From assembly GCA_044361115.1 (NCBI GenBank), contig JBIKJH010000001.1, positions 228,593 through 292,592 on the forward strand: a stretch of DNA of 64,000 nt, in the 5' to 3' direction. Under the pieces are notes generated by a model. The model had not been told where the DNA came from. It did no database searches and saw only the letters and a list, made by a program, of their open reading frames with translations. Numbering within the stretch: position 1 is the stretch's first letter; every line of letters starts with the position of its first letter. Origin of the DNA: Crocinitomicaceae bacterium (GTDB taxonomy: Bacteria; Bacteroidota; Bacteroidia; Flavobacteriales_D; Crocinitomicaceae). Positions 20,575 to 30,579 of this stretch are shown here, piece after piece. A program made the translations under genes and the position numbers.

Positions 20575-21122
20575 TAAGTGGAACATTAAAAGCTCGCCGT
20601 TTTTCCGTACCAAAAAGCTTTCCTTCACGACCAACAACTGACTTTGCAAAAGAAGGATTGTTCAATGTATTGGAACACCAAATGGCTTTGTATGATTTGG
20701 AAATTCTAGATCTTTGCGCTGGAACAGGAAATATTTCATTTGAATTTATATCGCGTGAGGCAGGAAATCTAACTGCTGTTGATATGAACTCAAACTGTTT
20801 GCGTTTTATCACTAAGAATGCCGCTGAATTGGGAATTAAAGAACACTTAGAAACAATTAAAGCTGATATTTTATTTTACCTCCGTAAAACTGAACGAAAG
20901 TTTGATTTGATTTTTGCCGATCCGCCATATGACTATAAGTTCCACCATGAAATTGCAGAAATCGTTTTTGAACGTAATTTATTGGTCGAAGGTGGATTAT
21001 TGATTATCGAGCACGGACGTCATACAAAATTGGAAGACAAAAAGCATTTCGATTTAGTGCGACAATATGGAAACGTTTATTTTAGTTTCTTCAGAAAAGA
21101 AGTCCAAGAAATTGCTGATTAA
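20565..21122 (+). CDS. rsmD: 16S rRNA (guanine966-N2)-methyltransferase RsmD
   Basis: N-terminal MRIISGTLKARRF, SAM motif LDLCAGTGNISFE, and catalytic FADPPYDY. Confidence 0.9.
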   Translation: MRIISGTLKARRFSVPKSFPSRPTTDFAKEGLFNVLEHQMALYDLEILDLCAGTGNISFEFISREAGNLTAVDMNSNCLRFITKNAAELGIKEHLETIKADILFYLRKTERKFDLIFADPPYDYKFHHEIAEIVFERNLLVEGGLLIIEHGRHTKLEDKKHFDLVRQYGNVYFSFFRKEVQEIAD

Positions 21123-21133
21123 TATAAAATGTG

Positions 21134-21592
21134 ATGAAAAAAATAGGTTTATTTCCAGGATCATTTGATCCATTCACAAAAGGTCATGAAGCTGTAGTGC
21201 GGAATGCCTTATGTTTATTTGATGAAATCATTATCGCTATTGGGGTAAACACTTCGAAAAACTATTTATTTGACCTTGACAAACGTAAAAGTCATATTCG
21301 CTCCTTGTTCGAGCATGAATCACGGCTACACATTGCAAGCTATTCGAGTTTAACAGTTGATTTTTGTAAAGAAATTGGCGCAACACATATCGTTCGCGGA
21401 TTGCGCGATTCCAAAGATTTTGAATATGAACGTTCAATTGCACACATGAATACTATGCTCAGTGGCATTGAAACAGTGTTTTTATTGACGAATCAAGAAA
21501 ATGCTGCCATAAACGCAACAATTGTAAGAGAAATATTCAAAAACAACGGCGATATTTCCTTGTTTGTAACCAATGCCAATCTACTCGTTTAA
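21134..21592 (+). CDS. coaD: phosphopantetheine adenylyltransferase
   Basis: GLFPGSFDPFTKGHEAVV (the HxGH-type nucleotidyltransferase motif). Size is ~152 aa. Confidence 0.93.
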   Translation: MKKIGLFPGSFDPFTKGHEAVVRNALCLFDEIIIAIGVNTSKNYLFDLDKRKSHIRSLFEHESRLHIASYSSLTVDFCKEIGATHIVRGLRDSKDFEYERSIAHMNTMLSGIETVFLLTNQENAAINATIVREIFKNNGDISLFVTNANLLV

Positions 21593-21636
21593 ACTGTGGT
21601 ACAAATTATGCAACGGTAGATCAAAAATAACCAGAC

Positions 21637-23103
21637 ATGCTAAAACATCTTCTTCTTTCTTGCTGCTTAATTGCTTTCACTCTTGTTGGTTTTTGCCAAG
21701 ACAAAAAGCTTGTAACAATTAATGGAACTGCACCAAGTTATGTCGGTCAGACCATATCGTTCATGGCTATTGAAGATTATTTTTCTATGATGGAAAGTCG
21801 CATAGCATCAACAACGGTTTTACCTGATAGTACCTTTACCGTTAGCTTTTATGCCAATGAAACACAAAAAATCATCGTTCGTGCAAGTAAAAACAAGAGT
21901 TTTTTATACATACAACCGAATGGCGTTTACGACATTTACATTCCAGCCAAAGACAAATTTGAACCCTATCGTCCGAGTGGGAATAATGTTGAAATCACTT
22001 TTTTCAATTTAGATTCCACAGATATCAACTACACCATTCTTCAATTTCAACGTTGGTCCGATGATTTCATTGGAAATTACTTCTACTTGCGGCAATCGAA
22101 ACCCTTAGAATTTGCAACAAAAATGGATGAATTTAAATCCATTGTTGAGAAAAAATACAAGTTGAACGATACACTTGAAAAATTCCAAAAAGGCTCACCT
22201 GAAAATTATTTAAAAGTATTCGTTCGTTACAGTTTTGCTTCGATGGACAACATCCAATTCGCAGCAGAACGCAATCGCTTTGAAAAACATGATTTCTACA
22301 TTAAACATTCTCCCGTTGAATATCAGAATGACGAATACATGTCCTATATCAATGCATTTTACGAAAAAATGACGCCACGCTTGTCTATGGAAACGAACAA
22401 CCGCGTCTATTTGGGCTTGCTTAAAAGTAGTCCAACCTTGATCATGCGCGCTTTGGGTTCTGAGTATACACTGATTAATATGCGTCTTCGTGAAATGGTA
22501 ATGATAAAAATGTTGTCGGAAGAATTTTATTCCAAAGATTTTCCACAAACGAATATTTTGACCGTTATGGACAGTGTTGCAAATCACAGTTTGTTCGATG
22601 CAAACGCGGTTATAGCCAGAAATATGAAATTGCGGTTAACAGAGTTAACTGTAGGAGGAAAAGCACCTGATTTTGTACTAAAAAATACGGCTGGTGAAAC
22701 CAAATTATTGACGAATTACGGCAAGAAACATTTGTACATTCACTTCTATGACCCATCTTCTTCAAAAAGCACACTTGAGCTTGATCCTTTGGAAAAGTTG
22801 TATGAAACGTATAAAGAAGACATACAATTCATTACTGTTTATCCAAAAAAAGAGTATAAACCAGAAGATTTAAAAAATTATTTGGATGTAATTCCTTGGG
22901 AAAAATTCCAAGTAGATGAAGCAAATGCCGTTTGGAAAAACTTTAAAATTGAAACATTCCCAAGCTATGTTTTGATTGATGGTTATGGTTATGTTGTTGG
23001 AGCTCCAGCTTTAGGCCCTATGCCGAATGGGTCCTATGAAACAATCGACAAAAGCTTTTTCTATATTCAGAAAGTAAACACAGAATTACGCGACGGTAAT
23101 TGA
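21637..23103 (+). CDS. TlpA/redoxin-like domain protein with an N-terminal extension; the CxxC motif is absent
   Basis: A C-terminal thioredoxin-fold signature is present (GKAPDFVLKNTAGETKLLTNYGKKHLYIHFYDPSSSKS...FPSYVLIDGYGYVV). The position where CxxC would sit reads SSSK. Confidence 0.75.
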   Translation: MLKHLLLSCCLIAFTLVGFCQDKKLVTINGTAPSYVGQTISFMAIEDYFSMMESRIASTTVLPDSTFTVSFYANETQKIIVRASKNKSFLYIQPNGVYDIYIPAKDKFEPYRPSGNNVEITFFNLDSTDINYTILQFQRWSDDFIGNYFYLRQSKPLEFATKMDEFKSIVEKKYKLNDTLEKFQKGSPENYLKVFVRYSFASMDNIQFAAERNRFEKHDFYIKHSPVEYQNDEYMSYINAFYEKMTPRLSMETNNRVYLGLLKSSPTLIMRALGSEYTLINMRLREMVMIKMLSEEFYSKDFPQTNILTVMDSVANHSLFDANAVIARNMKLRLTELTVGGKAPDFVLKNTAGETKLLTNYGKKHLYIHFYDPSSSKSTLELDPLEKLYETYKEDIQFITVYPKKEYKPEDLKNYLDVIPWEKFQVDEANAVWKNFKIETFPSYVLIDGYGYVVGAPALGPMPNGSYETIDKSFFYIQKVNTELRDGN

Positions 23104-23150
23104 TTCGTAGGTGAACTAGAAAATGTACTTTTGTACAAATTATATGCATC

Positions 23151-23738
23151 ATGAGATTCAATCTTTCAGAGGTCAACGAACTAATTCGCAACAGACGTAC
23201 GATTTATCCAGAGCAATTCAGTGATCGTAAAGTTCATAAAGAGCAAATCGAACTTATTCTAAACAACGCACAATGGGCGCCAACACATGGAAACACACAA
23301 CCCTGGCGCTTCAAGGTCTATTTGGAAGATGGGCGACAAAAATTAGCCGATTTTCTTGGTAAAACCTATTTGGAACTTACACCAAAAGAGCAGCAAAATG
23401 ATATGAAATTGGCTAAAATGCTTACGCGTCCCATGAAATCATCCGTGGTAATTGCTGTATGCATGGAACGTCAAACTGAAGAAAAAATTCTGGAAATTGA
23501 AGAAATTGAAGCTGTTGCATGCGCCATTCAAAACATGCATTTAACGTGCACTGCATATGGATTAGGAGGGTTTTGGGCAACGCCAAAATTAATCTATTCA
23601 ACTCAAATGAATGAATTTTTAGGCCTTGGAGAAAAAGACAAATGTTTAGGTTTGTTTTACATCGGTTATCCAGCAATTGAATGGCCAAAAGCGCATCGCA
23701 AACCATTAGAATATACGACTAACTGGATTGTTGATTAA
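23151..23738 (+). CDS. nitroreductase family protein
   Basis: RRTIYPEQF..., NAQWAPTHGNTQPWRF. Confidence 0.88.
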   Translation: MRFNLSEVNELIRNRRTIYPEQFSDRKVHKEQIELILNNAQWAPTHGNTQPWRFKVYLEDGRQKLADFLGKTYLELTPKEQQNDMKLAKMLTRPMKSSVVIAVCMERQTEEKILEIEEIEAVACAIQNMHLTCTAYGLGGFWATPKLIYSTQMNEFLGLGEKDKCLGLFYIGYPAIEWPKAHRKPLEYTTNWIVD

Positions 23739-23807
23739 CTCAATAAAAACTACCATTCAATCATTCACGACTTTTATTCCAAATAAAATAGTTTTCTTCG
23801 CGTTGTT

Positions 23808-24572
23808 ATGACAATGAAAATTAAGCTTTTACTTATTACACTTTTAATAGTTGGCGCGGCAACCTCTCAATCAAATCAGAAAAGAGAGAAATTCCCGTCT
23901 TACTTTGGCCTGCAAGTTAAACCTGTTTTTCCAACACAGTTTATTGGTTCTCCAACAACTACATTTTCCGACGGTGAATTCTCGACTACCGTTAATCAAA
24001 AAATTGGTTATTCATTCGGTGGAACAGTGCGGGCAGGATTTACAAAATTATTGGCCTTAGAAACGGGTATTAATTTCACACAACGGAATTATGGAATCGA
24101 AATGTCAATTGCTGATTCAAATGTATTTGCAAGTAATTCAATAAGTTTTATTCAATATGATGTGCCGATTAATTTACTGGTGTACGTGCAGTTAAGTGAA
24201 CGCTTTTACATGAATGCATCTTTAGGACCAGCAATTACATTTAAACCATCAGATGTTGGTGTCATTACATTGCCAGGTGGATCATTTTCTTTTGCTCATA
24301 CGGGCGTTATTCGAAGAAAGGCTGGAATTGAATTGAATGCGAATTTTGGTTTTGAATTTAGAACCGATAAAATTGGCTTCTTTTACCTCGGTGGCTCTGG
24401 TCGTATTCCAATTGCCCCTTTATTTGATATGGTAGCGCAATACAAATACCAAGGAATGAAAAAAGTGGCCTATGCCGAAATTGATGGATCGTATCTTTCC
24501 ATAGATTTAAAATACTTTTTTCCTAATATTCGGAACAGCGGTGTACAATTTCAAAACGGACCAATCTTATAA
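23808..24572 (+). CDS. outer-membrane beta-barrel protein
   Basis: Signal peptide MTMKIKLLLITLLIVGAATSQ. Alternating beta-strand pattern and an aromatic C-terminal region. Confidence 0.7.
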   Translation: MTMKIKLLLITLLIVGAATSQSNQKREKFPSYFGLQVKPVFPTQFIGSPTTTFSDGEFSTTVNQKIGYSFGGTVRAGFTKLLALETGINFTQRNYGIEMSIADSNVFASNSISFIQYDVPINLLVYVQLSERFYMNASLGPAITFKPSDVGVITLPGGSFSFAHTGVIRRKAGIELNANFGFEFRTDKIGFFYLGGSGRIPIAPLFDMVAQYKYQGMKKVAYAEIDGSYLSIDLKYFFPNIRNSGVQFQNGPIL

Positions 24573-24574
24573 AC

Positions 24575-25048
24575 ATGGAACAAGAAATAGCTTATTGGGT
24601 AGAAAAATTGGAAATGCTACCACATCCAGAAGGTGGCTTTTACAAGGAAACGTATCGTTCTAACGAAACAATTCCTGGGACAAATCGTCAACTAATGACA
24701 GGAATTTATTTCTTGTTGACTTCCGAAAATGTTTCCCGTTTTCATCGGATTAAGAGTGATGAAATTTGGTTTTTTCACGCTGGAAGCCCACTAGTTGTAC
24801 ATACCCTTGATGAAAATGGTCACAGGCAACAGCATGTAGGCTTGGATTTGAATGCTGGTCAGCAGCCACAATTTTTGGTTCCAAAAAACACCATCTTTGG
24901 CTCCTCTGTTCTTCACGAAAACAGCTACTCGCTCGTTTCCTGTGCCGTTGCACCTGGATTTGATTTCGAAGATTTCGAATTGTTTACCAAAGCAGATTTA
25001 CTTCCTTTATTTCCAGAATGCGAAGCAATAATTGAACGACTTACCTAA
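24575..25048 (+). CDS. cupin (DUF985-type) protein
   Basis: L.PHPEGGFYKETYRS...FHRIKSDEIWFFHAG. Confidence 0.8.
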   Translation: MEQEIAYWVEKLEMLPHPEGGFYKETYRSNETIPGTNRQLMTGIYFLLTSENVSRFHRIKSDEIWFFHAGSPLVVHTLDENGHRQQHVGLDLNAGQQPQFLVPKNTIFGSSVLHENSYSLVSCAVAPGFDFEDFELFTKADLLPLFPECEAIIERLT

Positions 25049-26839
25049 TTAAATCGTTCTCAACCAATAGTTGCGCAATTGCGTTTTTTTAGCATCACTT
25101 GCGTTTACTTTGAACACATATTGAGGCTTCAAGTAATTTTCGATTGAAACTTCGAGCTCCAATAAAATTTCATCGCGCGATATTAAGATGGAGAATTTAT
25201 CTCCAGCCGATAAACCTGCCACAAAATTTTCAAAAGCCTTTTGATCAACGCGATAGCCATTGCAGCCAATGATTTCGTCATTTACACTAAGTCCAGCATT
25301 TTCAGCAGATGAATTTGAACGAATTGAACGAACGATTACCTTACCACCATCTTCGCGCAAACTTGTTCCTAATGAGGGTTTAGCATAACCTACACTTTCA
25401 ACATTTATTCCAAGCAATCCAAACGTTTCATTTAACGGTGTAACTTCAGTTCCATCAACGTATTTAGCAAAAAAGTCATCCATATTTTCTCCCATGAATT
25501 TCCCTAATTCATCTTTGAATTCTTTTTCTGAAAAACCCCGGTTCAATTCTTTATAATACTTATTATACAGTACGCGCAAGAAATGATCGAGTGACTTTTC
25601 ACCTTTGTATTTTGAAATGATTTTTGCGTCTAATTGTGCTGCCAACATTCCACCACGTGAATAATAGGTCATCGTTGTATTGGCGCTGTTTTCATTCGGA
25701 CGATAGGCCTTCACCCACGCATCAAAACTTGCATGAGCAACTGGCTGAACACGACTCCCTACTGAACCTTCAACATAATTAACAGTTGATTGCATGCGAC
25801 TAATGTAGTCTTCCGAAGTGATAAAACCTGCTCGCCGAACAATTAAATCCTCGTAGTAAGAAGTCCAACCTTCCATCACCCATAAAAGGCTTGTATAGTT
25901 TTCTTCATCATAGTTGAAAGGTCCTAACTCAATTGGACGAATACGTTTTACGTTCCATAAATGGAAATATTCATGTGCAACAAGTGCCAAAAAGTCAACA
26001 TAAGCCGAACCTTCGTACGTCCAACGATTCACACTTAAGGTTGTTGAATTGGTATGTTCTAATCCACCTTGACCATCAACAACATTGTGAATGATGAAGG
26101 TGTATTTTTTGTTTGGATTTTCACCAACTATTGATGTAGCAGCCTCAACCACTTTTGCCATATCCGCTTGCAAACGTGGAATAGCGTAATTTCCTTCACC
26201 AAAAATAGCAACCGTATGTTGAACTCCCGATGCTTTAAATTCAAACACTTCATGGTTTCCAATTTCAATCGGACAATCCACTAATTGATCGTAATTATCG
26301 AATTTAAAGACCTCTGAACCATCACTAGCGACACTTTCAGCATTTTTTTCCAAAGCAGTTGTAATGCGCTTAAAATTCGCGTGTTTAAAAATCTCTAAGC
26401 TTCCTTTTTTATCTTTAAAACCTTCTACGTACATGAAAACACCAGATCCGCTTATATACCCATGTGTTAAATCCAAAAAGCTTGTGCGCACCGATAATTC
26501 AAACGAATAAACTTCATACTGAACGCGTACCTTTTTTGCGGAACCTCGAGCAATAGACCAAGCGTTTTTTGTTTGCTTTGTTACTGCAAGTGCTTTTCCA
26601 TTTTCATCGAAAGCTTTTACCAAATCGACATTTCTTGAAAATTCGCGCACCAAATAGGAACCGGGAGCCCAAACTGGCATTTTTACGACCAATTCACTTT
26701 GCTTAAAATCCACTAAATTCATTTCCACTTGGAAGTAATGATTTTGGGGTTTTGTCATTCGCAATTTGTACGAAATTTCTTGACTAAAAGCGGTTGTAAA
26801 TGAAAAGAAAGCAACAAAAAGGAAACTACTTAAACGCAT
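25049..26839 (-). CDS. M61 glycyl aminopeptidase with a C-terminal PDZ domain
   Basis: HExxH at VAHEYFHLWNVKRIRP, and a PDZ-like GLSVNDEIIGCNGYRV. Confidence 0.88.
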   Translation of the reverse strand: MRLSSFLFVAFFSFTTAFSQEISYKLRMTKPQNHYFQVEMNLVDFKQSELVVKMPVWAPGSYLVREFSRNVDLVKAFDENGKALAVTKQTKNAWSIARGSAKKVRVQYEVYSFELSVRTSFLDLTHGYISGSGVFMYVEGFKDKKGSLEIFKHANFKRITTALEKNAESVASDGSEVFKFDNYDQLVDCPIEIGNHEVFEFKASGVQHTVAIFGEGNYAIPRLQADMAKVVEAATSIVGENPNKKYTFIIHNVVDGQGGLEHTNSTTLSVNRWTYEGSAYVDFLALVAHEYFHLWNVKRIRPIELGPFNYDEENYTSLLWVMEGWTSYYEDLIVRRAGFITSEDYISRMQSTVNYVEGSVGSRVQPVAHASFDAWVKAYRPNENSANTTMTYYSRGGMLAAQLDAKIISKYKGEKSLDHFLRVLYNKYYKELNRGFSEKEFKDELGKFMGENMDDFFAKYVDGTEVTPLNETFGLLGINVESVGYAKPSLGTSLREDGGKVIVRSIRSNSSAENAGLSVNDEIIGCNGYRVDQKAFENFVAGLSAGDKFSILISRDEILLELEVSIENYLKPQYVFKVNASDAKKTQLRNYWLRTI

Positions 26840-26906
26840 ATTTGAAATTATTTAAATCCAAAGATAAGATTTGAATTATATTTACACTAATCAAAACCAC
26901 ATCAAT

Positions 26907-27758
26907 ATGCGTTCCATTCTTGCACTCACACTCTTTTCGGTCTTCTTGACTGCCTGTTCTTCAGAACCAAAGAATGCACAAACAACAGCTGAAAATTCAG
27001 ATTTAGAAACAAAAATTGCCCAATTGGAGAAAGAAAATGCTGCCAAAGACGAGCTAATCAATGAGTCTTTGGAGTTTTATTCTGACATTCAATCTAACCT
27101 TGAATCCATTGAATTAAAAAAGGATGAATTGCGCATCAAATCAACAAATGCTGAATTATCTGAAGATGATAAGCTATGGATTTTAGATCAAATTAAACAA
27201 ATCAACTTCTTGCGTGAAGAAAATGCGAAGAAAGTGAACCAACTTAACGAGAAATTGAAAGTAAATGGATTAAAAGTCAACGAACTCGAGTCAATGGTCG
27301 ATGATTTGGTGAAAAACATGAAAGCCAAAGACGAACAAATTGAAATGTTACAAACAGAATTAGGTTCCTTGGACAAAGCCTATTCAAGGTTATTTGATGC
27401 TTATCAAGAAAAAGCCCAGCTGGTCGAAGAATTAACAGATGATTTGAATACGGTATACTATTCTTATGGAACGGAGGAAGAATTGGTGAAAAATCAAGTT
27501 ATTGATCGCAAAAATGGATTTATTGGTATTGGAAAGAGAATCAAATTGATGGATAATTTCAATCAAAAATATTTCTCAAAAATCGATTTAAATCAAGAAA
27601 AAGAGATTTTTATTGAAGGTAAAGAATTAAAGTTTGTGACGGATCATCCGTCAAGTTCTTATAAGCTCATGAAGGTCGGTAAAAACACTAAAATCAAGAT
27701 TATCAATCCAAACGACTTCTGGAAAATTTCGAAGTATTTAGTAGTTATTGTTGAGTGA
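26907..27758 (+). CDS. coiled-coil lipoprotein
   Basis: MRSILALTLFSVFLTAC lipobox, followed by heptad-rich sequence. Confidence 0.7.
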   Translation: MRSILALTLFSVFLTACSSEPKNAQTTAENSDLETKIAQLEKENAAKDELINESLEFYSDIQSNLESIELKKDELRIKSTNAELSEDDKLWILDQIKQINFLREENAKKVNQLNEKLKVNGLKVNELESMVDDLVKNMKAKDEQIEMLQTELGSLDKAYSRLFDAYQEKAQLVEELTDDLNTVYYSYGTEEELVKNQVIDRKNGFIGIGKRIKLMDNFNQKYFSKIDLNQEKEIFIEGKELKFVTDHPSSSYKLMKVGKNTKIKIINPNDFWKISKYLVVIVE

Positions 27759-27759
27759 T

Positions 27760-27985
27760 ACTTTAGGATATTAAGACTTTAAGACAAAGGACTTCAGGAC
27801 AGCAAGACTTCAGGACATCAAGACATCAAGACATCAAGACATCAAGACTTTAGGACTTTAGGAAGAAAGACAAAGTACAAAAGACTTAGAATGTTAGAAT
27901 AAAGAATTCCAGTGATTTAATACTAACAAGTCTTTTAGCGAAGCGGTCTTTTGTCTTACAGCGAAGCGGTCCTTTGTCCTTACTC
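27760..27985. repeat. intergenic repeat block: an 8-bp tandem array plus long-range inverted repeats
   Basis: 'atcaagac' occurs 4 times at ~27807-27848, with 'gacttcaggac' and 'gactttagga' variants. aagacaaaggac (27781) is complementary to gtcctttgtc-ctt (27970). aagacaaag.acaaaagac is complementary to gtcttttgtctt (27946). Confidence 0.75.
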
Positions 27986-27988
27986 AAA

Positions 27989-28630
27989 CTACAGGTGATA
28001 AAACGAAAACTCCTTCGAATCATACACTTCTTCGAACAAATGAGGATAATGTGCTTTCATTTCAGCGTTCATTAATTCAATAGGCACATCGTTAAACGTT
28101 CCATAAAAGTGTTTGTATTCCATGAATTTCTTGCCTTGATCAAATTCCTGAAAGAGTGAATCTGTTTCTCCGTCCCAATCCAATGGCTTTACACCTGATA
28201 CACGGCAAATGCGTTGATCAAAAGCGGGAGTGCACTTCACCCAAACACCATTTAAATACACATCAACAAAACCGTGGAAAACAATCTCATCACGTCGCAA
28301 ATAGTTTGTTAATTTTTCTACACCAATATGATTTGTAACTATCGCATACCCCAAGCGAGACGGAATGTCAAACTTACGTAAACAGGCCGCGAGAACAGAC
28401 GATTTCTCGACACACCATGAACGCTTTTTAGATAAAACCTTGGAAGCCGTCAAGCCTTCATGTGTCAAATCGAGGTGATATGGGTCATACAAAAACGCAT
28501 CCCTTACCAAATAATACAAGGCTATAGCTTTTTCTTTTTCAGGCTGATTTGAATCAATTTCAGCGGTGAACGCATCAAAGGAAATATCCTGAAAATTAAG
28601 AAACGCTGTTTCACATAAATATTCCTTCAT
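27989..28630 (-). CDS. transglutaminase-like cysteine peptidase superfamily protein
   Basis: RSWCVEKSSVLAACLRKFDIPSRLGY (Cys motif) and HGFVDVYLNGVWVKCTP (His/Asp). Confidence 0.8.
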   Translation of the reverse strand: MKEYLCETAFLNFQDISFDAFTAEIDSNQPEKEKAIALYYLVRDAFLYDPYHLDLTHEGLTASKVLSKKRSWCVEKSSVLAACLRKFDIPSRLGYAIVTNHIGVEKLTNYLRRDEIVFHGFVDVYLNGVWVKCTPAFDQRICRVSGVKPLDWDGETDSLFQEFDQGKKFMEYKHFYGTFNDVPIELMNAEMKAHYPHLFEEVYDSKEFSFYHL

Positions 28631-28677
28631 AATCGCTAAGAATTCTTGTATTTTTGAAATACAATTTTAGGCATAAA

Positions 28678-29268
28678 ATGGAAACCCAACAAACGGAACA
28701 TCACGAAACATTATTGGACAATCCGATTCCCTTGTTACTGCGTGCTAAAAGATTTCTGTTTGGTGAAGAAAAACCAGATGGATACACGCAAGTTACCTTT
28801 TACATAAATCTTGTTTTGTGGGCTATTTTTTTTCTATGGAGTTGTATTAGTTATTTTGCCATATCGCTTCGAACGCTTATAGAAGAACAAAAATCGATTC
28901 CCGTAGAAGGAATTTTAATGAATCGTGGCATCGAACTGGGATTTCAGCCCAATGATTTTTTAGATCGTTTAACGACCTTTCATCTGATAAGCATCTTATG
29001 TTGGATTGCCGTCTTAGTTGGGCTCATTTTTCTTTGGAGAAAAGATCTTCGTTTTGTTTACTATTATTTTGGTGGTACAGCAATTTACATCGGAATGATG
29101 CTTTTTTACTTGAACTTAAGTTACTACACAGAGGACACAACGTTCTTTGATAAAATTTCGTTTATCGCAATGAATGCCTTTGGAGTAATGTATTATTTCT
29201 TGTTGAAAAAAGAAAAAAATGGAGGCAGTCTCAGCTTTTTTGGTGAAGAAGATTCAGACGACGAATAA
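28678..29268 (+). CDS. integral membrane protein, unknown function
   Basis: About 4-5 predicted TM helices. I preferred the ATG at 28678 over the TTG at 28654. Confidence 0.6.
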   Translation: METQQTEHHETLLDNPIPLLLRAKRFLFGEEKPDGYTQVTFYINLVLWAIFFLWSCISYFAISLRTLIEEQKSIPVEGILMNRGIELGFQPNDFLDRLTTFHLISILCWIAVLVGLIFLWRKDLRFVYYYFGGTAIYIGMMLFYLNLSYYTEDTTFFDKISFIAMNAFGVMYYFLLKKEKNGGSLSFFGEEDSDDE

Positions 29269-29749
29269 CGCCCTCAGGCGTTTGTTCCTCATGCTCAAAG
29301 ATAAGGTGAGCTTTAGAATATACCACTTCACGTTCAATTACCTTTTCTTCAATATAAGAAAGAAGCTCTTTATGGCTTTTTTGAGCCACTAATGGACGTA
29401 GTTCAGTATCCTTTGTTAAACGCTTGGCCAAGGTTCTTATATCGTGTTTTAAATAAATCGTAGAACCGATTGCATTCAATGTTTCCATTAAATTATTAAA
29501 ACATGGCAAACCACCGCCAACAGCTAATACATAGGATGAATTTTTCGGCAGTTTATCAATCGCTTCTTTTTCCAAATTTCTAAAGTATAATTCACCATGA
29601 TTCAAGAAAATGGAAGAAATTGATGAGTCAGTCCTTTTTTCAATAAGGGCGTCAGAATCGTAGAAAGGTAAACCTAACTTTTCAGCAAGCGCTTTGCCAA
29701 GCGTCGTTTTGCCAGCCCCCATAAAACCTACAAGTATGATTCGCTCCAT
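29231..29749 (-). CDS. aroK: shikimate kinase
   Basis: ILVGFMGAGKTTLGKALA P-loop, VLAVGGG, ~170 aa. Confidence 0.9.
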   Translation of the reverse strand: MERIILVGFMGAGKTTLGKALAEKLGLPFYDSDALIEKRTDSSISSIFLNHGELYFRNLEKEAIDKLPKNSSYVLAVGGGLPCFNNLMETLNAIGSTIYLKHDIRTLAKRLTKDTELRPLVAQKSHKELLSYIEEKVIEREVVYSKAHLIFEHEEQTPEGVIRRLNLLHQKS

Positions 29750-29862
29750 ATGACAAAGTAAATAAAATAGTTCGATATCAACTAATTATAAGTCTTCACT
29801 CCTATTTTCCAGTAACTTAGAAAGGGTACGAAAAAAAAAGAAAAAAAAATCAATTAATTTCC

Positions 29863-29892
29863 TTGTAAAAACAAATAATACACATATCTTTG
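29863..29892 (+). promoter_or_regulatory. Bacteroidetes-type promoter (-33 TTG / -7 TAnnTTTG) for tRNA-Lys
   Basis: ccTTGtaaaa...N19...TATCTTTG (29885-29892), ~43 nt upstream of the tRNA. Confidence 0.5.
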
Positions 29893-29934
29893 CACCCGCA
29901 ATAACGATTGAGAAATTGTTAACAAAAACTTAAT

Positions 29935-30007
29935 GATTCCGTAGCTCAGCTGGTAGAGCAATACACTTTTAATGTATGGGCCCTGGGTTCGAATCCCAGC
30001 GGGATCA
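29935..30007 (+). tRNA. tRNA-Lys (anticodon TTT)
   Basis: GATTCCGTAGCTCAGCTGGTAGAGC...CTTTTAA anticodon loop...GGTTCGAATCCCAGCGGGATCA. The cloverleaf folds by eye. Confidence 0.93.
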
Positions 30008-30013
30008 CAAGAA

Positions 30014-30040
30014 AGTCTCCTTTTTAAGGGGGCTTTTTTT
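30014..30040 (+). terminator. terminator after tRNA-Lys
   Basis: agtctcc-tttttaa-gggggct (with G.U pairs) followed by T7. Confidence 0.6.
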
Positions 30041-30213
30041 GTTTAAATAATTCAGAATTGACACTACTTTCGCAGATTCGAATTCATTTGGGGAAATCAA
30101 AAAAACACAACTAAATCGGCAGCAAATAAGCCAGCAGAATTTTTAATCTATCTTGCTTGATGGAAAACAACTTAAACCTTGTTACCATTCTATTTAAGCC
30201 CTGTTTCATTTTG

Positions 30214-30462
30214 ATGAAAAGAACAAATAAAACAGCAAATTTTTTGACAATTAATAGGTTTAAAAATAACAAATTTCATGTCCATTTTTATTTGAATAAA
30301 CAAAGACATAAAAATGAACTTTATCCCCTCTACATTCACATCTATGTCGAAAGCGCTCGATCCGAAATTGCGAGCACTCAGCATGTAAATCTGAAGTCTT
30401 GGGAAAGCGTCAAAATCTGCCTAAAACCAAGCGTACAAAATGCAATTTGCTTGAACAGTTAA
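30214..30462 (+). pseudogene. truncated tyrosine integrase (Arm DNA-binding N-terminal region only)
   Basis: MKRTNKTANF..FHVHFYLNKQRHKNELYPLYIHIYVESARSEIASTQHVNLKSWES matches the pattern 'V.FYL.K....PLY..I....R.E..T......W' of Bacteroidetes integrase N-termini. It stops after 82 aa, so the catalytic domain is absent. Confidence 0.55.
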
Positions 30463-30579
30463 ATCCGCAATTTACAATGAAAACAGTGTAAACATTATAT
30501 TAAACTAGTAGCAAATTAACACCACGACATTGTATGGAGTAGTCGAGGAAAAAGGTCAGCGTCAAATATGATTTCCCCG

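Noticed and set aside
22210-22587. 125-aa antisense ORF inside the redoxin-like gene, and many similar 60-110-aa ORFs listed inside or antisense to long genes (e.g. 5139..5363, 12219..12509, 23422..23706, 52173..52577, 55548..55877, 59613..59870)
   Set aside because: All are fully embedded in longer ORFs with clear homology on the other strand or frame. They are typical shadow ORFs of AT-rich DNA.
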